Shown here piece after piece: positions 36,807-47,009 of a DNA stretch of 64,000 nucleotides. A model generated the notes under the pieces. It worked only from the letters and a program-made list of their open reading frames with translations, had not been told where the DNA came from and searched no databases. Source of the DNA: Pseudomonadota bacterium (lineage in GTDB: Bacteria; Pseudomonadota; Alphaproteobacteria; Rickettsiales; SXRF01); contig JBBTBX010000006.1 in NCBI GenBank assembly GCA_038043465.1, forward strand, positions 79,463 to 143,462, read 5' to 3'. Within the stretch, counting starts at the first letter, position 1, and the number at the start of each line of letters is the position of its first letter. Both the position numbers and the translations under genes were made by a program.

Positions 36807-38322
36807 GAGTGCCTCCAAATAGATTTTTGCGTTTAGGTTTGTCGAACAGCTGTGCCTCGGAATTGCCGCCAGAGCAGCCATTGCCGAAACTGAAACCGCA
36901 GCCGGAACGAATATCGAACGCTTTCTCCGCATATTCACGGTGCGAAGTGGGGATCACATAGCGGTCTTCGTAATTCGCAATCGCCATGTAGCGGTACATA
37001 TCCTCGACCAGTGCCTGATTCAACCCGACCTGCTCTAGAAGTTCGTTGTTCTGAACTCCGTCCACATGCCGACCGCGCATATAAGCACGCATGGCAAGCA
37101 TACGTTCAAGTGCTACGCGCACTGGTTTTTCTTCGCCTGCCGTGAGCAGGTTAGCAAGATAGGTGAGTGGAATACGCAAGGACTTCACGTCAGGGATCAC
37201 CCCGTTCATGCCCATCTCACCACTTTCGGCAGCATTCTGGATGGGCGAGAGTGGCGGGATATACCAGACCATCGGCAGCGTGCGGTATTCTGGGTGAAGC
37301 GGAAAGGCAATCTTCCATTCCATCGCCATTTTATAGACGGGCGATTTTCTGGCAGATTCCAGCCAGCTTTCGGGAATCCCCTCGGCACGTGCGGCTTTGA
37401 TAACCTCTGGATCATTCGGATCAAGGAACATCTCCAGCTGCGCGTGGTATAGATTCTGCTCATCTTCCACCGAAGCGGCAGCCTCGATTTTATCGGCATC
37501 ATAAAGCAGCACGCCAAGATAGCGGATACGACCTACGCAGGTTTCGGAACACACGGTCGGTTCACCGTTTTCGATGCGCGGATAACAGAAGGTGCATTTT
37601 TCGGACTTGCCCGATTCCCAATTGAAGTAAATCTTCTTGTAGGGGCATGCCGATACGCACATGCGCCAGCCACGGCACTTGTCCTGATCAATCAGCACAA
37701 TGCCATCTTCCTCGCGCTTGTAGATTGCTCCAGATGGGCACGCTGCAACGCAGGCGGGGTTTAGGCAATGCTCGCATAGACGCGGCAGATACATCATGAA
37801 GGTGTTCTCAAACTGGCCATACATTTCTTTTTGGATGTTCTCGAAGTTGTAATCCTTGCTGCGATGCTCAAACTCACCGCCGAGGATTTCCTCCCAGTTT
37901 GGCCCGCCGACGATTTTATCCATCTTCTTGCCGGTAATCACCGAAACGGGACGTGCGGTTGGCATCGTTTTCGCTTCGGGTGATTTATGCAGATGTTCGT
38001 AATCGAAGGTGAATGGCTCGTAATAATCGTCGATAGATGGCAGGTTGGGGTTGGCAAATATATTCGCCAGCGCACGCCATTTTCCGCCCTGCTTGGGGTG
38101 GATTTTGCCGTTCTTCTTGCGCTCCCATCCACCTTTCCAACGATCCTGATTTTCCCAGTCTTTAGGGTAACCAATGCCGGGTTTGGTTTCGACGTTGTTG
38201 AACCACGCATATTCCACGCCACGACGCGAAGTCCAGACGTTTTTACAGGTGACGGAACAGGTATGACAGCCGATACATTTATCGAGGTTCAACACCATGC
38301 CAATTTGTGCTCTTACTTTCAT
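36796..38322 (-). CDS. narH: Respiratory nitrate reductase beta subunit (Fe-S)
   Basis: Start trimmed to the ATG at 38322 (MKVRAQIGMVLNLDKCIGCHTCSVTCKNVW). It has multiple ferredoxin-type Cys clusters and the WYIPPLSP motif. Confidence 0.95.
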   Translation of the reverse strand: MKVRAQIGMVLNLDKCIGCHTCSVTCKNVWTSRRGVEYAWFNNVETKPGIGYPKDWENQDRWKGGWERKKNGKIHPKQGGKWRALANIFANPNLPSIDDYYEPFTFDYEHLHKSPEAKTMPTARPVSVITGKKMDKIVGGPNWEEILGGEFEHRSKDYNFENIQKEMYGQFENTFMMYLPRLCEHCLNPACVAACPSGAIYKREEDGIVLIDQDKCRGWRMCVSACPYKKIYFNWESGKSEKCTFCYPRIENGEPTVCSETCVGRIRYLGVLLYDADKIEAAASVEDEQNLYHAQLEMFLDPNDPEVIKAARAEGIPESWLESARKSPVYKMAMEWKIAFPLHPEYRTLPMVWYIPPLSPIQNAAESGEMGMNGVIPDVKSLRIPLTYLANLLTAGEEKPVRVALERMLAMRAYMRGRHVDGVQNNELLEQVGLNQALVEDMYRYMAIANYEDRYVIPTSHREYAEKAFDIRSGCGFSFGNGCSGGNSEAQLFDKPKRKNLFGGTHAS

Positions 38323-38332
38323 GGTATTTCCC

Positions 38333-41300
38333 CTATTTCGCTGCCGATTCGAGTCTAGGCATTTCACCGCCTAAAGCCGCACCATAATTATCTTCGTTCA
38401 TCCAGTCTATTTTCTCCATTTTGCGAAGGATAATAAACTCATCGCGATTACAGCCGACCGTGCCATAGTAATTAAAATCATAGGCAAGCTGTGCATATCC
38501 GCCGATCATGTGAGTAGGTTTCAACACCGTGCGGGTGACAGAATTGTGAATGCCGCCACGCAGACCTGTGATTTCACTACCCGGCACGTTGATGATTTTC
38601 TCCTGCGCGTGATACATCATAATCATACCTTCTGGCACACGCTGGCTTACCACCGCCCGCGCAGTGAGTGCGCCGTTGGTGTTGTAGGCTTCAACCCAGT
38701 CATTATCGATCACGCCGATTTTCTTGGCATCAATTTCCGAAATCCAAACAATCGGCCCGCCGCGCGAGAGCGTAAGCATCAGCAAATTATCCGTATAGGT
38801 CGAGTGGATGCCCCATTTCTGGTGCGGCGTGATGAAGTTCAGCAGCACCTGCTTGCGGCCTTTGCCGAATTTCTCGATCACGCTTTCGGTGGTTTTCATA
38901 TCCACCGGTGGTTTATATACGCAGAGCGATTCGCCGAAGGCACGCATCCAGCTATGATCCTGATAGAGCTGCTGACGCCCCGTGAGCGTGCGCCACGGAA
39001 TCAACTCATGCACGTTGGTATAACCCGCCGTATAGCTGACATGCTCGGACTCAATCCCGCTCCATGTTGGCGAGGAAATAATCTTCCTCGGCTGTGCCTG
39101 AATATCACGGAAGCGGATTTTTTCATCCTCCCGCGTATCCGCAAGGTGGGCGTGCTCACGGCCTGTGGCTTCGCTCAGCGCATTCCATGCTTTCACCGCC
39201 ACATGACCATTGGTTTCCGGTGCTAGTGTGAGGATAATTTCTGCCGCATCAATCGCGGATTCGATTTTTGGCAGACCTTTGGAAACGCCTTCTTCCGTGA
39301 CGGTGTAATTCAGCTCCGCCAGCAGTTTCAACTCATATTCCGTATTCCAGTTGATACCTTTGCCGCCATTGCCCAGCTTGGCGAGCAGTGGCCCAAGCGA
39401 GGTGAATTTTTTGTAGGTACTCGGGTAATCACGCTCGACTAGGAAGACATTCGGCATGGTTTTACCAGGTATCGGCTCACATTCGCCTTTTTTCCAGTCC
39501 TTCACATCGAAGGCTTGCGCGATTTCATTCGCCGTATCGTGCTTGATCGGGTTCATCACCACATCTTGCTCTACGCCTAGATGCCCGATGCAAACTTCGG
39601 AGAATTTCTTGGCGAGACCTTTGTAAATATCCCAGTCACTGCGCGATTCCCACGCGGGATCAACCGCTGCCGAAAGCGGGTGAATGAATGGGTGCATGTC
39701 GGAAGTATTGAGATCGTTTTTCTCGTACCAGGTCGCGGTTGGCAAGACGATGTCCGAATACATGCAGGTGGTGGACATGCGGAAATCGAGCGTCACCAGC
39801 AGGTCGAGCTTGCCTTCAGGTGCGGTCTCATGCCACACGACATCTTTGGGCTTAGTACCACCAAATTTACCAAGGTCAACGCCTTGCACACCGTGGCTGG
39901 TGCCGAGTAGATGCTTGAGGAAATACTCATGACCTTTGCCACTGGAGCCGAGAATATTCGAACGCCAGACGAACATGTTGCGCGGCCAGTTCTGTGGCGC
40001 ATCTGGGTCATTGCAGGAGAGTTTGAGGTCGCCTGACTTTAACCCTTCGGCGACAGCCTCACCGACATTACGCCCCGATTTTTTGATACTCGCCCCTACT
40101 TCCAGAGGATTGCGCTCTAATTGCGGAGCAGATGGCAGCCAGCCCATACGTTCAGATTTCACATTGCAGTCGATAAACGAAAGCTCTTTCCACTCTGGGT
40201 TATCTTCCAGCGGCGACAAAATCCCCTCTATTGAAAGCCGTTCATAACGCCACTGGTCGGTATGGGCATAGAAGAACGATGTTGAATTCTGTTGACGCGG
40301 CGGGCGGTTCCAGTCGGTTGCAAATGCCAGTGGTGCCCAGCCCGTTTGCGGACGCAGCTTTTCCTGACCCACATAATGACTCCAACCACCGCCAGATTTG
40401 CCGATACAACCGCACATCACCAGCATGTTGATGATAGCGCGGTAGTTCATATCCATGTGATACCAGTGGTTCATCGCCGCACCGATGATCACCATCGATT
40501 TACCATGGGTTTTATGTGCGTTCTCGGCAAATTGACGAGCGACGTTGATGACATGCTCGCGCTTCACGCCGGTGATATGCTCCTGCCACGCCGGTGTGTA
40601 AGGGGTATCATCGTCAAACGAGGTGGCAACATTCGCACCACCCAGCCCGCGATCTACGCCGTAATTTGCAATAAAAAGATCATAGACGGTGGCGACATAC
40701 GCCTCACCCTCTTTGAGCTTCATTTTTACAACAGGCACATTGCGCTCAAGAATGCTGGCGTGATCGGTGCTATTAAAATGTTCATGTTCGATATTCCCAA
40801 AATAAGGGAATGCGACAGAGCCTATTTCTTTTTTGCTATGCTCGATGAGCGACAGCAACGGCCAGATTTCCTCGCCCGTTACTTCATCTTTTGGCTCTAG
40901 GTTCCATTTGCCTTTTTGCCCCCAGCGCGAGCCAACAGTGCCATTGGGGATACGCACGCGTTCTTCTTTGCCGCAGATGATGACGGGTTTCCAATCGGGA
41001 TTGTTATCGGTATTGAGATTTTTATCAAAATCTGAAGCGCGCAGCATACGTTCCGGCACCAGCGCATCGCCGCGCTTCACCATCCGCACGAGGAAGGGCA
41101 TATCAGTATATTGGCGGCAGTAATCGTCGAAATAGTCGCTTTTTCCATTCACATGCCACTCGGACATGATGACATGCCCCATTGCCATCGCAAGCGCGGC
41201 ATCGGTGCCTTGTTTCGGGTGCATCCAGAGATCCGCCAGCTTGGCGACTTCCGAATAATCAGGCGTGACCGCAACCGTTTTAGCACCTTTGTAACGCACC

Positions 41301-42109
41301 TCGGTGAAGAAGTGGGCATCGGGCGTGCGCGTTTGTGGCACGTTGGAACCCCAAGCGATAATAAAGCTGGAGTTATACCAATCCGCTGATTCCGGCACGT
41401 CCGTCTGCTCACCCCAAGTTTGTGGGCTGGAGGGAGGCAAATCGCAGTACCAGTCATAAAAACTCATGCACACACCGCCAATCAGCGATAGGTAGCGGCT
41501 GCCCGCAGCATAGGATACCATCGACATCGCGGGGATGGGCGAGAAGCCGATAATGCGGTCGGGACCGTGTTTCTTTGCGGTATAAACGTTGGCTGCCACA
41601 ATGATCTCATTCACTTCTTCCCAATCGGCGCGTACAAACCCGCCCTTGCCACGCACCTGTTGGTACGATTTGCGGGTGGCTTCGTTGGTGACGATGGATT
41701 CCCATGCATTCACGGGATCTTTGGCGATCACTTTTGCGACACGCCACGCTTTAAGAAGACGGCTACGTACCAACGGATATTTCATTCGGTTGGCACTATA
41801 GAGATACCATGAATAGCTTGCGCCGCGTGAGCAACCGCGCGGTTCATGGTTGGGCATATCAGGGCGGGTGCGCGGATAATCCGTCTGCTGGGTTTCCCAC
41901 GTCACAAGACCGTTTTTGACATAGATTTTCCAACTGCACGAGCCAGTGCAATTCACACCATGCGTCGAGCGCACAATTTTGTCATGCTGCCAACGGCTAC
42001 GGTAAGACTGCTCCCAACCACGCGACTCATCGGTCATCACCCCATGATCGCCCGAGAAATTCTCTGTCTCACGTTTGAAGAAGGTCAGTTTGTCGATAAT
42101 ATGGCTCAT
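38333..42109 (-). CDS. narG: Respiratory nitrate reductase alpha subunit (Mo-bisMGD)
   Basis: 1258 aa. The N-terminus carries the HGVNCTGSCSW FS0 cluster motif, and length and motifs are typical of NarG. Confidence 0.95.
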   Translation of the reverse strand: MSHIIDKLTFFKRETENFSGDHGVMTDESRGWEQSYRSRWQHDKIVRSTHGVNCTGSCSWKIYVKNGLVTWETQQTDYPRTRPDMPNHEPRGCSRGASYSWYLYSANRMKYPLVRSRLLKAWRVAKVIAKDPVNAWESIVTNEATRKSYQQVRGKGGFVRADWEEVNEIIVAANVYTAKKHGPDRIIGFSPIPAMSMVSYAAGSRYLSLIGGVCMSFYDWYCDLPPSSPQTWGEQTDVPESADWYNSSFIIAWGSNVPQTRTPDAHFFTEVRYKGAKTVAVTPDYSEVAKLADLWMHPKQGTDAALAMAMGHVIMSEWHVNGKSDYFDDYCRQYTDMPFLVRMVKRGDALVPERMLRASDFDKNLNTDNNPDWKPVIICGKEERVRIPNGTVGSRWGQKGKWNLEPKDEVTGEEIWPLLSLIEHSKKEIGSVAFPYFGNIEHEHFNSTDHASILERNVPVVKMKLKEGEAYVATVYDLFIANYGVDRGLGGANVATSFDDDTPYTPAWQEHITGVKREHVINVARQFAENAHKTHGKSMVIIGAAMNHWYHMDMNYRAIINMLVMCGCIGKSGGGWSHYVGQEKLRPQTGWAPLAFATDWNRPPRQQNSTSFFYAHTDQWRYERLSIEGILSPLEDNPEWKELSFIDCNVKSERMGWLPSAPQLERNPLEVGASIKKSGRNVGEAVAEGLKSGDLKLSCNDPDAPQNWPRNMFVWRSNILGSSGKGHEYFLKHLLGTSHGVQGVDLGKFGGTKPKDVVWHETAPEGKLDLLVTLDFRMSTTCMYSDIVLPTATWYEKNDLNTSDMHPFIHPLSAAVDPAWESRSDWDIYKGLAKKFSEVCIGHLGVEQDVVMNPIKHDTANEIAQAFDVKDWKKGECEPIPGKTMPNVFLVERDYPSTYKKFTSLGPLLAKLGNGGKGINWNTEYELKLLAELNYTVTEEGVSKGLPKIESAIDAAEIILTLAPETNGHVAVKAWNALSEATGREHAHLADTREDEKIRFRDIQAQPRKIISSPTWSGIESEHVSYTAGYTNVHELIPWRTLTGRQQLYQDHSWMRAFGESLCVYKPPVDMKTTESVIEKFGKGRKQVLLNFITPHQKWGIHSTYTDNLLMLTLSRGGPIVWISEIDAKKIGVIDNDWVEAYNTNGALTARAVVSQRVPEGMIMMYHAQEKIINVPGSEITGLRGGIHNSVTRTVLKPTHMIGGYAQLAYDFNYYGTVGCNRDEFIILRKMEKIDWMNEDNYGAALGGEMPRLESAAK

Positions 42110-42169
42110 GGTCTTCTATCCTTGTATGTTTTGCTGGGGGGATGCTAGGGCGTATCCCCCCGATTGAGA

Positions 42170-42183
42170 TTGATATGGATCAA
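42170..42183. promoter_or_regulatory. FNR/Anr/Dnr-type box TTGATATGGATCAA upstream of narG
   Basis: Perfect box in the 79-nt gap between narK and narG, centred about 67 nt upstream of the narG ATG. Confidence 0.7.
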
Positions 42184-42188
42184 CTACC

Positions 42189-43796
42189 CTATGGATTTTG
42201 TACATAGGCATTTTTGCGTAGGTAGAACCACCAGTTGATGACGATGCACAGCGCATAGAATATGGCGAATCCGTAGAGTGCATTTTCTGGCGTGGTGGCT
42301 TTAATCTGCTCACCAAATACCTGCGGAATAATGAAAGCACCGTAGGCCGCCACCGCCGATGTCCAGCCCAACACGGGGCCAGCTTGCTCTTTGTCGAACA
42401 CCACCGCAACGGTGCGGAATGTCGAGCCATTGCCAATGCCTGATGCAAAAAACAAGAGTAGGAACAATAACAGGAACGGAATAAAGTAAACTTCTGGTGT
42501 TGCCGATGCGTAGGCCTGTTTCATGTAATAGGCTACACCCAGCGCACCACCCACCATAAGGAAGGAGATAATTTGCGTGACTTTCGCACCTCCCATTTTA
42601 TCAGCAATCCAGCCACCGATGGGGCGGATAATGGCACCGATGAACGGCCCCATCCACGCATACATTAGCGCGCTGGGGGCGTTGGGGTTCGCGGTGGTGT
42701 GCGTCATCACGCCGTCCACCATCAGATGCTGGAAGCCGAAGATTACTTGAATCGCCAGAGCCAGCGCGGCGGAGTAACCGATAAACGAACCGAAGGTCAT
42801 AGTATAAATGATCGTCATCGCCCAAGTATGCTTGTTATTGAAAATTTTGTACTGGCGAGAAAGATTCTGTTTATAAAGATCTCCAGCAGGAACAAGTTTC
42901 AACAAGAATAATGTGGCAACGATGACGACAGGAATCACCAGCCACTTACTCAGACCATATCCACCGGCTTCTGGTGGTTGCATGAGTATAAATCCAGCCG
43001 CCGCCGTAAATAGCCCAGTGAACAGCATCGCAAAGATCCGTGTAAACGCGCTAAGCAATGACCCTGGATTTGGCGTAACATGAGGAACAACCAGATTATT
43101 CATCCTTGTCCATGTCAGGAAGAAAAGCGGAATCAATAGCACCAGCCACACATAACCAGCATTGTGGATATAGGTTTCGGCACCAGCAGGTATCTTACCA
43201 AATAACCAACCGCTGGCCGATTTCAATATCATTGAGTCCCCGCCGAACACAGCACTTGTCATGACCAGCGGAATGAGAATCTGCATGGTGGTTACACCAA
43301 AATTTCCTAACCCTGCATTCAACCCTAACGCCAACCCCTGCATTTTTTTAGGGAAGAAAAAGCTGATATTTGACATGGAGGAAGCAAAGTTTCCCCCACC
43401 AATCCCAGAAAGCAGCGCGAGCATTTGATACGCCCAAAGAGGAGTATTTGGATTTTGCAGTGCCATGCCTGTCCCTATGGCAGGAATCATCAATAAGGAC
43501 GTTGTCAGGAAGATGGTGTTGCGTCCCCCAGCGATACGAATCATAAACGAACTTGGAATACGCAGTGTTGCGCCAGCCAGACCACCAATCCCCGCCAGCG
43601 TAAACAGTTCCGAAGGCGTAAATGGAAAGCCTAGATTGAGCATCTGCACAGTGACAATGCTCCAATACATCCACACCGCAAAACCACAAAGCAGGCATGG
43701 AATGGAAATCCATAAATTGTTATAGGCGACGAACTTGCCTTCTTTGTGCCAAAATCCCTCGTGATCTGGATCCCAGTGTGTAATCATTGCATTCAT
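42189..43796 (-). CDS. narK: MFS nitrate/nitrite transporter, NarK2-like
   Basis: 535 aa and polytopic. NNP-family glycine-rich motifs are present (GGLAGATLRIP, GGNFASSM...FFP), and it lies immediately upstream of narG. Confidence 0.85.
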   Translation of the reverse strand: MNAMITHWDPDHEGFWHKEGKFVAYNNLWISIPCLLCGFAVWMYWSIVTVQMLNLGFPFTPSELFTLAGIGGLAGATLRIPSSFMIRIAGGRNTIFLTTSLLMIPAIGTGMALQNPNTPLWAYQMLALLSGIGGGNFASSMSNISFFFPKKMQGLALGLNAGLGNFGVTTMQILIPLVMTSAVFGGDSMILKSASGWLFGKIPAGAETYIHNAGYVWLVLLIPLFFLTWTRMNNLVVPHVTPNPGSLLSAFTRIFAMLFTGLFTAAAGFILMQPPEAGGYGLSKWLVIPVVIVATLFLLKLVPAGDLYKQNLSRQYKIFNNKHTWAMTIIYTMTFGSFIGYSAALALAIQVIFGFQHLMVDGVMTHTTANPNAPSALMYAWMGPFIGAIIRPIGGWIADKMGGAKVTQIISFLMVGGALGVAYYMKQAYASATPEVYFIPFLLLFLLLFFASGIGNGSTFRTVAVVFDKEQAGPVLGWTSAVAAYGAFIIPQVFGEQIKATTPENALYGFAIFYALCIVINWWFYLRKNAYVQNP

Positions 43797-43829
43797 ACGA
43801 TCTCCTTTGTTGGCACTTAAAAAATGTGA

Positions 43830-45155
43830 TTAGTGATGTCGGCTACGTCCAGAAGGAGCAGCATCCATTTCAGGGAAGAAGTGCGGACCAGCAAGATCCG
43901 GATGTTGTCTACGCTCCATCAGCATGATGGCGAAATGCATCCAAGTGAGCGCAATAGAAACCAGCAGGAACAGCAGCATGAAGCAGCTTGTCCATACGTT
44001 CGTCAGGTCGTTTAAGATGCCAAAGGCAAGGGGCAAAAAGAACCCGCCCAATCCGCCAATCAGCCCCACTATACCAGCAACAGAGCCTACATTATCAGGA
44101 TAATATACAGGAATATGTTTATAGACAGCGGCCTTGCCAAACGACATAAACAGCCCCATCACAAATACAATCACGGTAAATGGAATAAAACCAAGCCCAG
44201 CACTGAAGCTGATGTCACCCTTAATTCCATGAATTACATAATCAGTTGGAGGATAGCTAAGGACAAAGCAGCACAGAATACAGACAGAAAACGTCCAGTA
44301 CATAACTCTGCGCGCTCCATATTTGTCGGAAAGATAGCCCCCAACAGCGCGAAAGGCAGAACCCGCTACAGAGAAAGCAGCAGCTAGCATTCCCGCTTGT
44401 TTAATATCCATGCCATAAGCCCCCACATAGTAACGTGGCAGCCACAAAGCAAGCGCAACAAACCCGCCAAACACAAAGAAATAATACATAGAGAAACGCC
44501 ATACCTGAAGTTTCTTAAGTGGTTCCAGTGCCATTTTAGTGGTCTTTTTGGCGGCACCTATTTTACGACGCTCTACCAGCTCAGGTTCATCCTTCGTGAC
44601 TATCCAATAGATGATAGCGGTTGCAAACAATACCGTCGCCCATACCTGCGCCACCATGTGCCAGCCATAGGCCACCATCACGAAGGGAGCGATGAATTTA
44701 GTGACCGCTGCACCGATATTGCCCATTCCATAAATGCCAAGTGCCGTGCCCTGACGTTCTTTGCCGTACCATTTGGAGAGATAGGAAATGCCCACCACAA
44801 AGCTGCCACCGGAAATACCCACACCGAGCGCAGTGAGTAGCAGCATATTATAAGTATCCGCATAGGTCAGCATCCAGGTGCTAATCGCAGATGAAATCAT
44901 GACCATCAGCAGGATTGGTCTACCACCATACTGGTCTGCCCAGATGCCAAGCGTCAGACGGATGATCGATCCGGTCAGGATAGGCGTACCGATCAGTAGG
45001 CTGAACTGGGTTTCGGTGAGTCCTAAATCCTGTTTAATCTGCACACCGATAATGGCGAAAATAGTCCATACGGCGAAGCAGATGGTAAAAGCAAAGGTGG
45101 TGCTTGATAGTGCCATTACCTGATCAAATTTTGAAACATTTTTTAGGTCGACCAT
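43830..45155 (-). CDS. narK: MFS nitrate/nitrite transporter, NarK1-like
   Basis: 441 aa, 12 TM-like segments, containing GIWADQYGGRP and GISGGSFVVGISYLSKW. It is the first gene of the nar operon. Confidence 0.85.
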   Translation of the reverse strand: MVDLKNVSKFDQVMALSSTTFAFTICFAVWTIFAIIGVQIKQDLGLTETQFSLLIGTPILTGSIIRLTLGIWADQYGGRPILLMVMISSAISTWMLTYADTYNMLLLTALGVGISGGSFVVGISYLSKWYGKERQGTALGIYGMGNIGAAVTKFIAPFVMVAYGWHMVAQVWATVLFATAIIYWIVTKDEPELVERRKIGAAKKTTKMALEPLKKLQVWRFSMYYFFVFGGFVALALWLPRYYVGAYGMDIKQAGMLAAAFSVAGSAFRAVGGYLSDKYGARRVMYWTFSVCILCCFVLSYPPTDYVIHGIKGDISFSAGLGFIPFTVIVFVMGLFMSFGKAAVYKHIPVYYPDNVGSVAGIVGLIGGLGGFFLPLAFGILNDLTNVWTSCFMLLFLLVSIALTWMHFAIMLMERRQHPDLAGPHFFPEMDAAPSGRSRHH

Positions 45156-45217
45156 AATTAAATCCCAGACGTAATTGAACTGGCTGGAACATCACATGGA
45201 ACCAGTAAATCCGAGAT

Positions 45218-45231
45218 TGATCTGGATCAAT
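45218..45231. promoter_or_regulatory. FNR/Anr/Dnr-type box TTGATCTGGATCAA in the narK / NIT-Fnr divergent region
   Basis: Perfect box, identical to the one at 34888. It is centred about 69 nt upstream of the narK1-like ATG and about 148 nt upstream of the ATG at 45373. Confidence 0.7.
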
Positions 45232-45372
45232 CATCGTGTTTTTTCTTTAGCCTTGCAGGAAATACGGCAGATTTAGGTCAAAAAAACAAAACTCGGCGTT
45301 GCCTTCATATTCTATTGATAATTTTGCCGTTCTGGCTATTTTGGGGGGCTATATCCATGAAATGAAGGTTGT

Positions 45373-46926
45373 ATGACTAACACATTGAACAATCTATGTG
45401 ATTTTATTCACGAAGCGCAGAAAGAGCGCGGTTCGGTGTCCCTTTATCTGCGTAGCAAAAATGGTGAACATTCAGAAGCGATGGAATCACAATTTGCAGT
45501 GGTGGATGAAGTCAGCAAAGCATTAAATAAATTACCGAAGAAGCAAAGCTCCCGCATTGAGCCGTTTTTGAATGCAATTCACTATCTGCCCGCCAAGCGA
45601 AAATATGTAATCGCCAGAATGCTGGAGCCAACAGAAGCTCTGTCTTTTTACACCCGCGATATTGTCGCTCCTGCGATTGAGATTGTGCAGGAACTGGCAG
45701 TACTCGAACCGGGCAACAACCCCGCAAAAGTTTCGGCTTTTATTAATTTTCTTTATTGGAAAGAGCGCGTGGGGCTGGAGCGTGCGCTTGGCACACAACT
45801 GGTCAATATGGATTGGTCGGAAACGCATGATTTCAAAAATCGACTTGAATATATCGTGTCCGAACAACGGGCTTATGAGCGCATGTTTTTAGCGTTGGCA
45901 GATGAAAATGGCCGCAAGGCGGTGGAGGCACTGGAGCGTGATAACGGCATATTCCGCAGGATTCAGGAGATTAACGATAGTCTTGCCAAGGGGAATAGCC
46001 AACAAATTACCAAAACGATTACGGCGGAAGAATGGTTCAACCTGTTTACCGCAAAAATGGATCTGTTGCACGAAGTAGGAAAAAGCATCGCTGGCAATCT
46101 TGCCGCTTCTATTCAGGAGTCCAAACCCAGAGACACCCCAGCAATAAAGGCACTCACCGACGAGCAAGCAGGTATCGAAAGCGGCGTGCGTAGCTACATG
46201 GGCACAATTCAGGCATTACCGTTGTTTGCAGGTCTTGCACCTGATGCCCTGCAAGACATTCTGAAATATGCCCGCGTTGTCAGCCACAACAAAGGGGCGA
46301 TGATTTTCCTGCAAGGCGAACAAGCCTCGCGTTTTTATATTATTCTCGATGGTTGGGTGAAGCTGTTCAAAGGCAATGTCGATGGTCAAGAAGCTGTGCT
46401 TCAGGTGATGACGGTTGGTGAAACGCTTCTTGAAACGGTAATTTTCAGCAATTCCCCTTTCCCCGTAACGGCGCAGGCAGTGGAGCCTGTGAAGCTGCTC
46501 TCCATTCCTGCAACCATTGTGCGCGAGAAACTCCAGAACAATAAAGAACTGGCTATCAATATGCTTTCGACAGTGGCAGGACGCTCGCAGGCACTCATCA
46601 ACCAGTTCGAACAACTCACACTCAAAACCGTCACGCAGCGCGTGGGATGGTTTCTGCTGAAATTGTTTTTAGAAAATGGCGAGCATACTAAAAACATCAA
46701 ACTGCCTTACGATAAATCGCTGATTGCTGGCTATCTGGGCATGAAACCAGAGACTTTCTCGCGCACGCTGCAAGCCTTGAAAGAACAAGGAATTGATATT
46801 GATAAAAACTACGTAAACCTCCCAGATGTCTTCGCACTTTGTGATTATTGCGACATGGAGATGGCCGAAAAATGCAGTCGTGCAGGTACAAAAGAGTGCG
46901 CAAATCCCGAATGTGCCAACGCTTGA
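45373..46926 (+). CDS. NIT (nitrate/nitrite-sensing) domain fused to a Crp/Fnr-family regulator with a C-terminal Cys-rich tail
   Basis: 517 aa. NIT-like motifs: FIHEAQKERGSVSLYL and FINFLYWKERVGLERALG. cNMP-binding-like: FYIILDGWVKLFKGNVDGQEAVLQV. HTH with the FNR-type recognition motif: GYLGMKPETFSRTL. Tail: CDYCDMEMAEKCSRAGTKECANPEC. Confidence 0.75.
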   Translation: MTNTLNNLCDFIHEAQKERGSVSLYLRSKNGEHSEAMESQFAVVDEVSKALNKLPKKQSSRIEPFLNAIHYLPAKRKYVIARMLEPTEALSFYTRDIVAPAIEIVQELAVLEPGNNPAKVSAFINFLYWKERVGLERALGTQLVNMDWSETHDFKNRLEYIVSEQRAYERMFLALADENGRKAVEALERDNGIFRRIQEINDSLAKGNSQQITKTITAEEWFNLFTAKMDLLHEVGKSIAGNLAASIQESKPRDTPAIKALTDEQAGIESGVRSYMGTIQALPLFAGLAPDALQDILKYARVVSHNKGAMIFLQGEQASRFYIILDGWVKLFKGNVDGQEAVLQVMTVGETLLETVIFSNSPFPVTAQAVEPVKLLSIPATIVREKLQNNKELAINMLSTVAGRSQALINQFEQLTLKTVTQRVGWFLLKLFLENGEHTKNIKLPYDKSLIAGYLGMKPETFSRTLQALKEQGIDIDKNYVNLPDVFALCDYCDMEMAEKCSRAGTKECANPECANA

Positions 46927-46940
46927 TCTTGGATGATTAG

Positions 46941-46954
46941 TTGATCCACATCAA
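46941..46954. promoter_or_regulatory. FNR/Anr/Dnr-type box TTGATCCACATCAA upstream of moaA
   Basis: Perfect box centred about 160 nt upstream of the moaA ATG. A class II start site would fall just 5' of the riboswitch candidate. Confidence 0.7.
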
Positions 46955-47009
46955 TTGCAGAACATCCTTTTCCTTTTAGCTTCCCCTTATCCGAAGCCTT
47001 AAAGACCTA

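Noticed and set aside
38510-41812. Multiple plus-strand ORFs (up to 238 aa) within narG
   Set aside because: All are antisense to narG, whose identity is unambiguous. Their Arg/His-rich, unnatural composition marks them as spurious.
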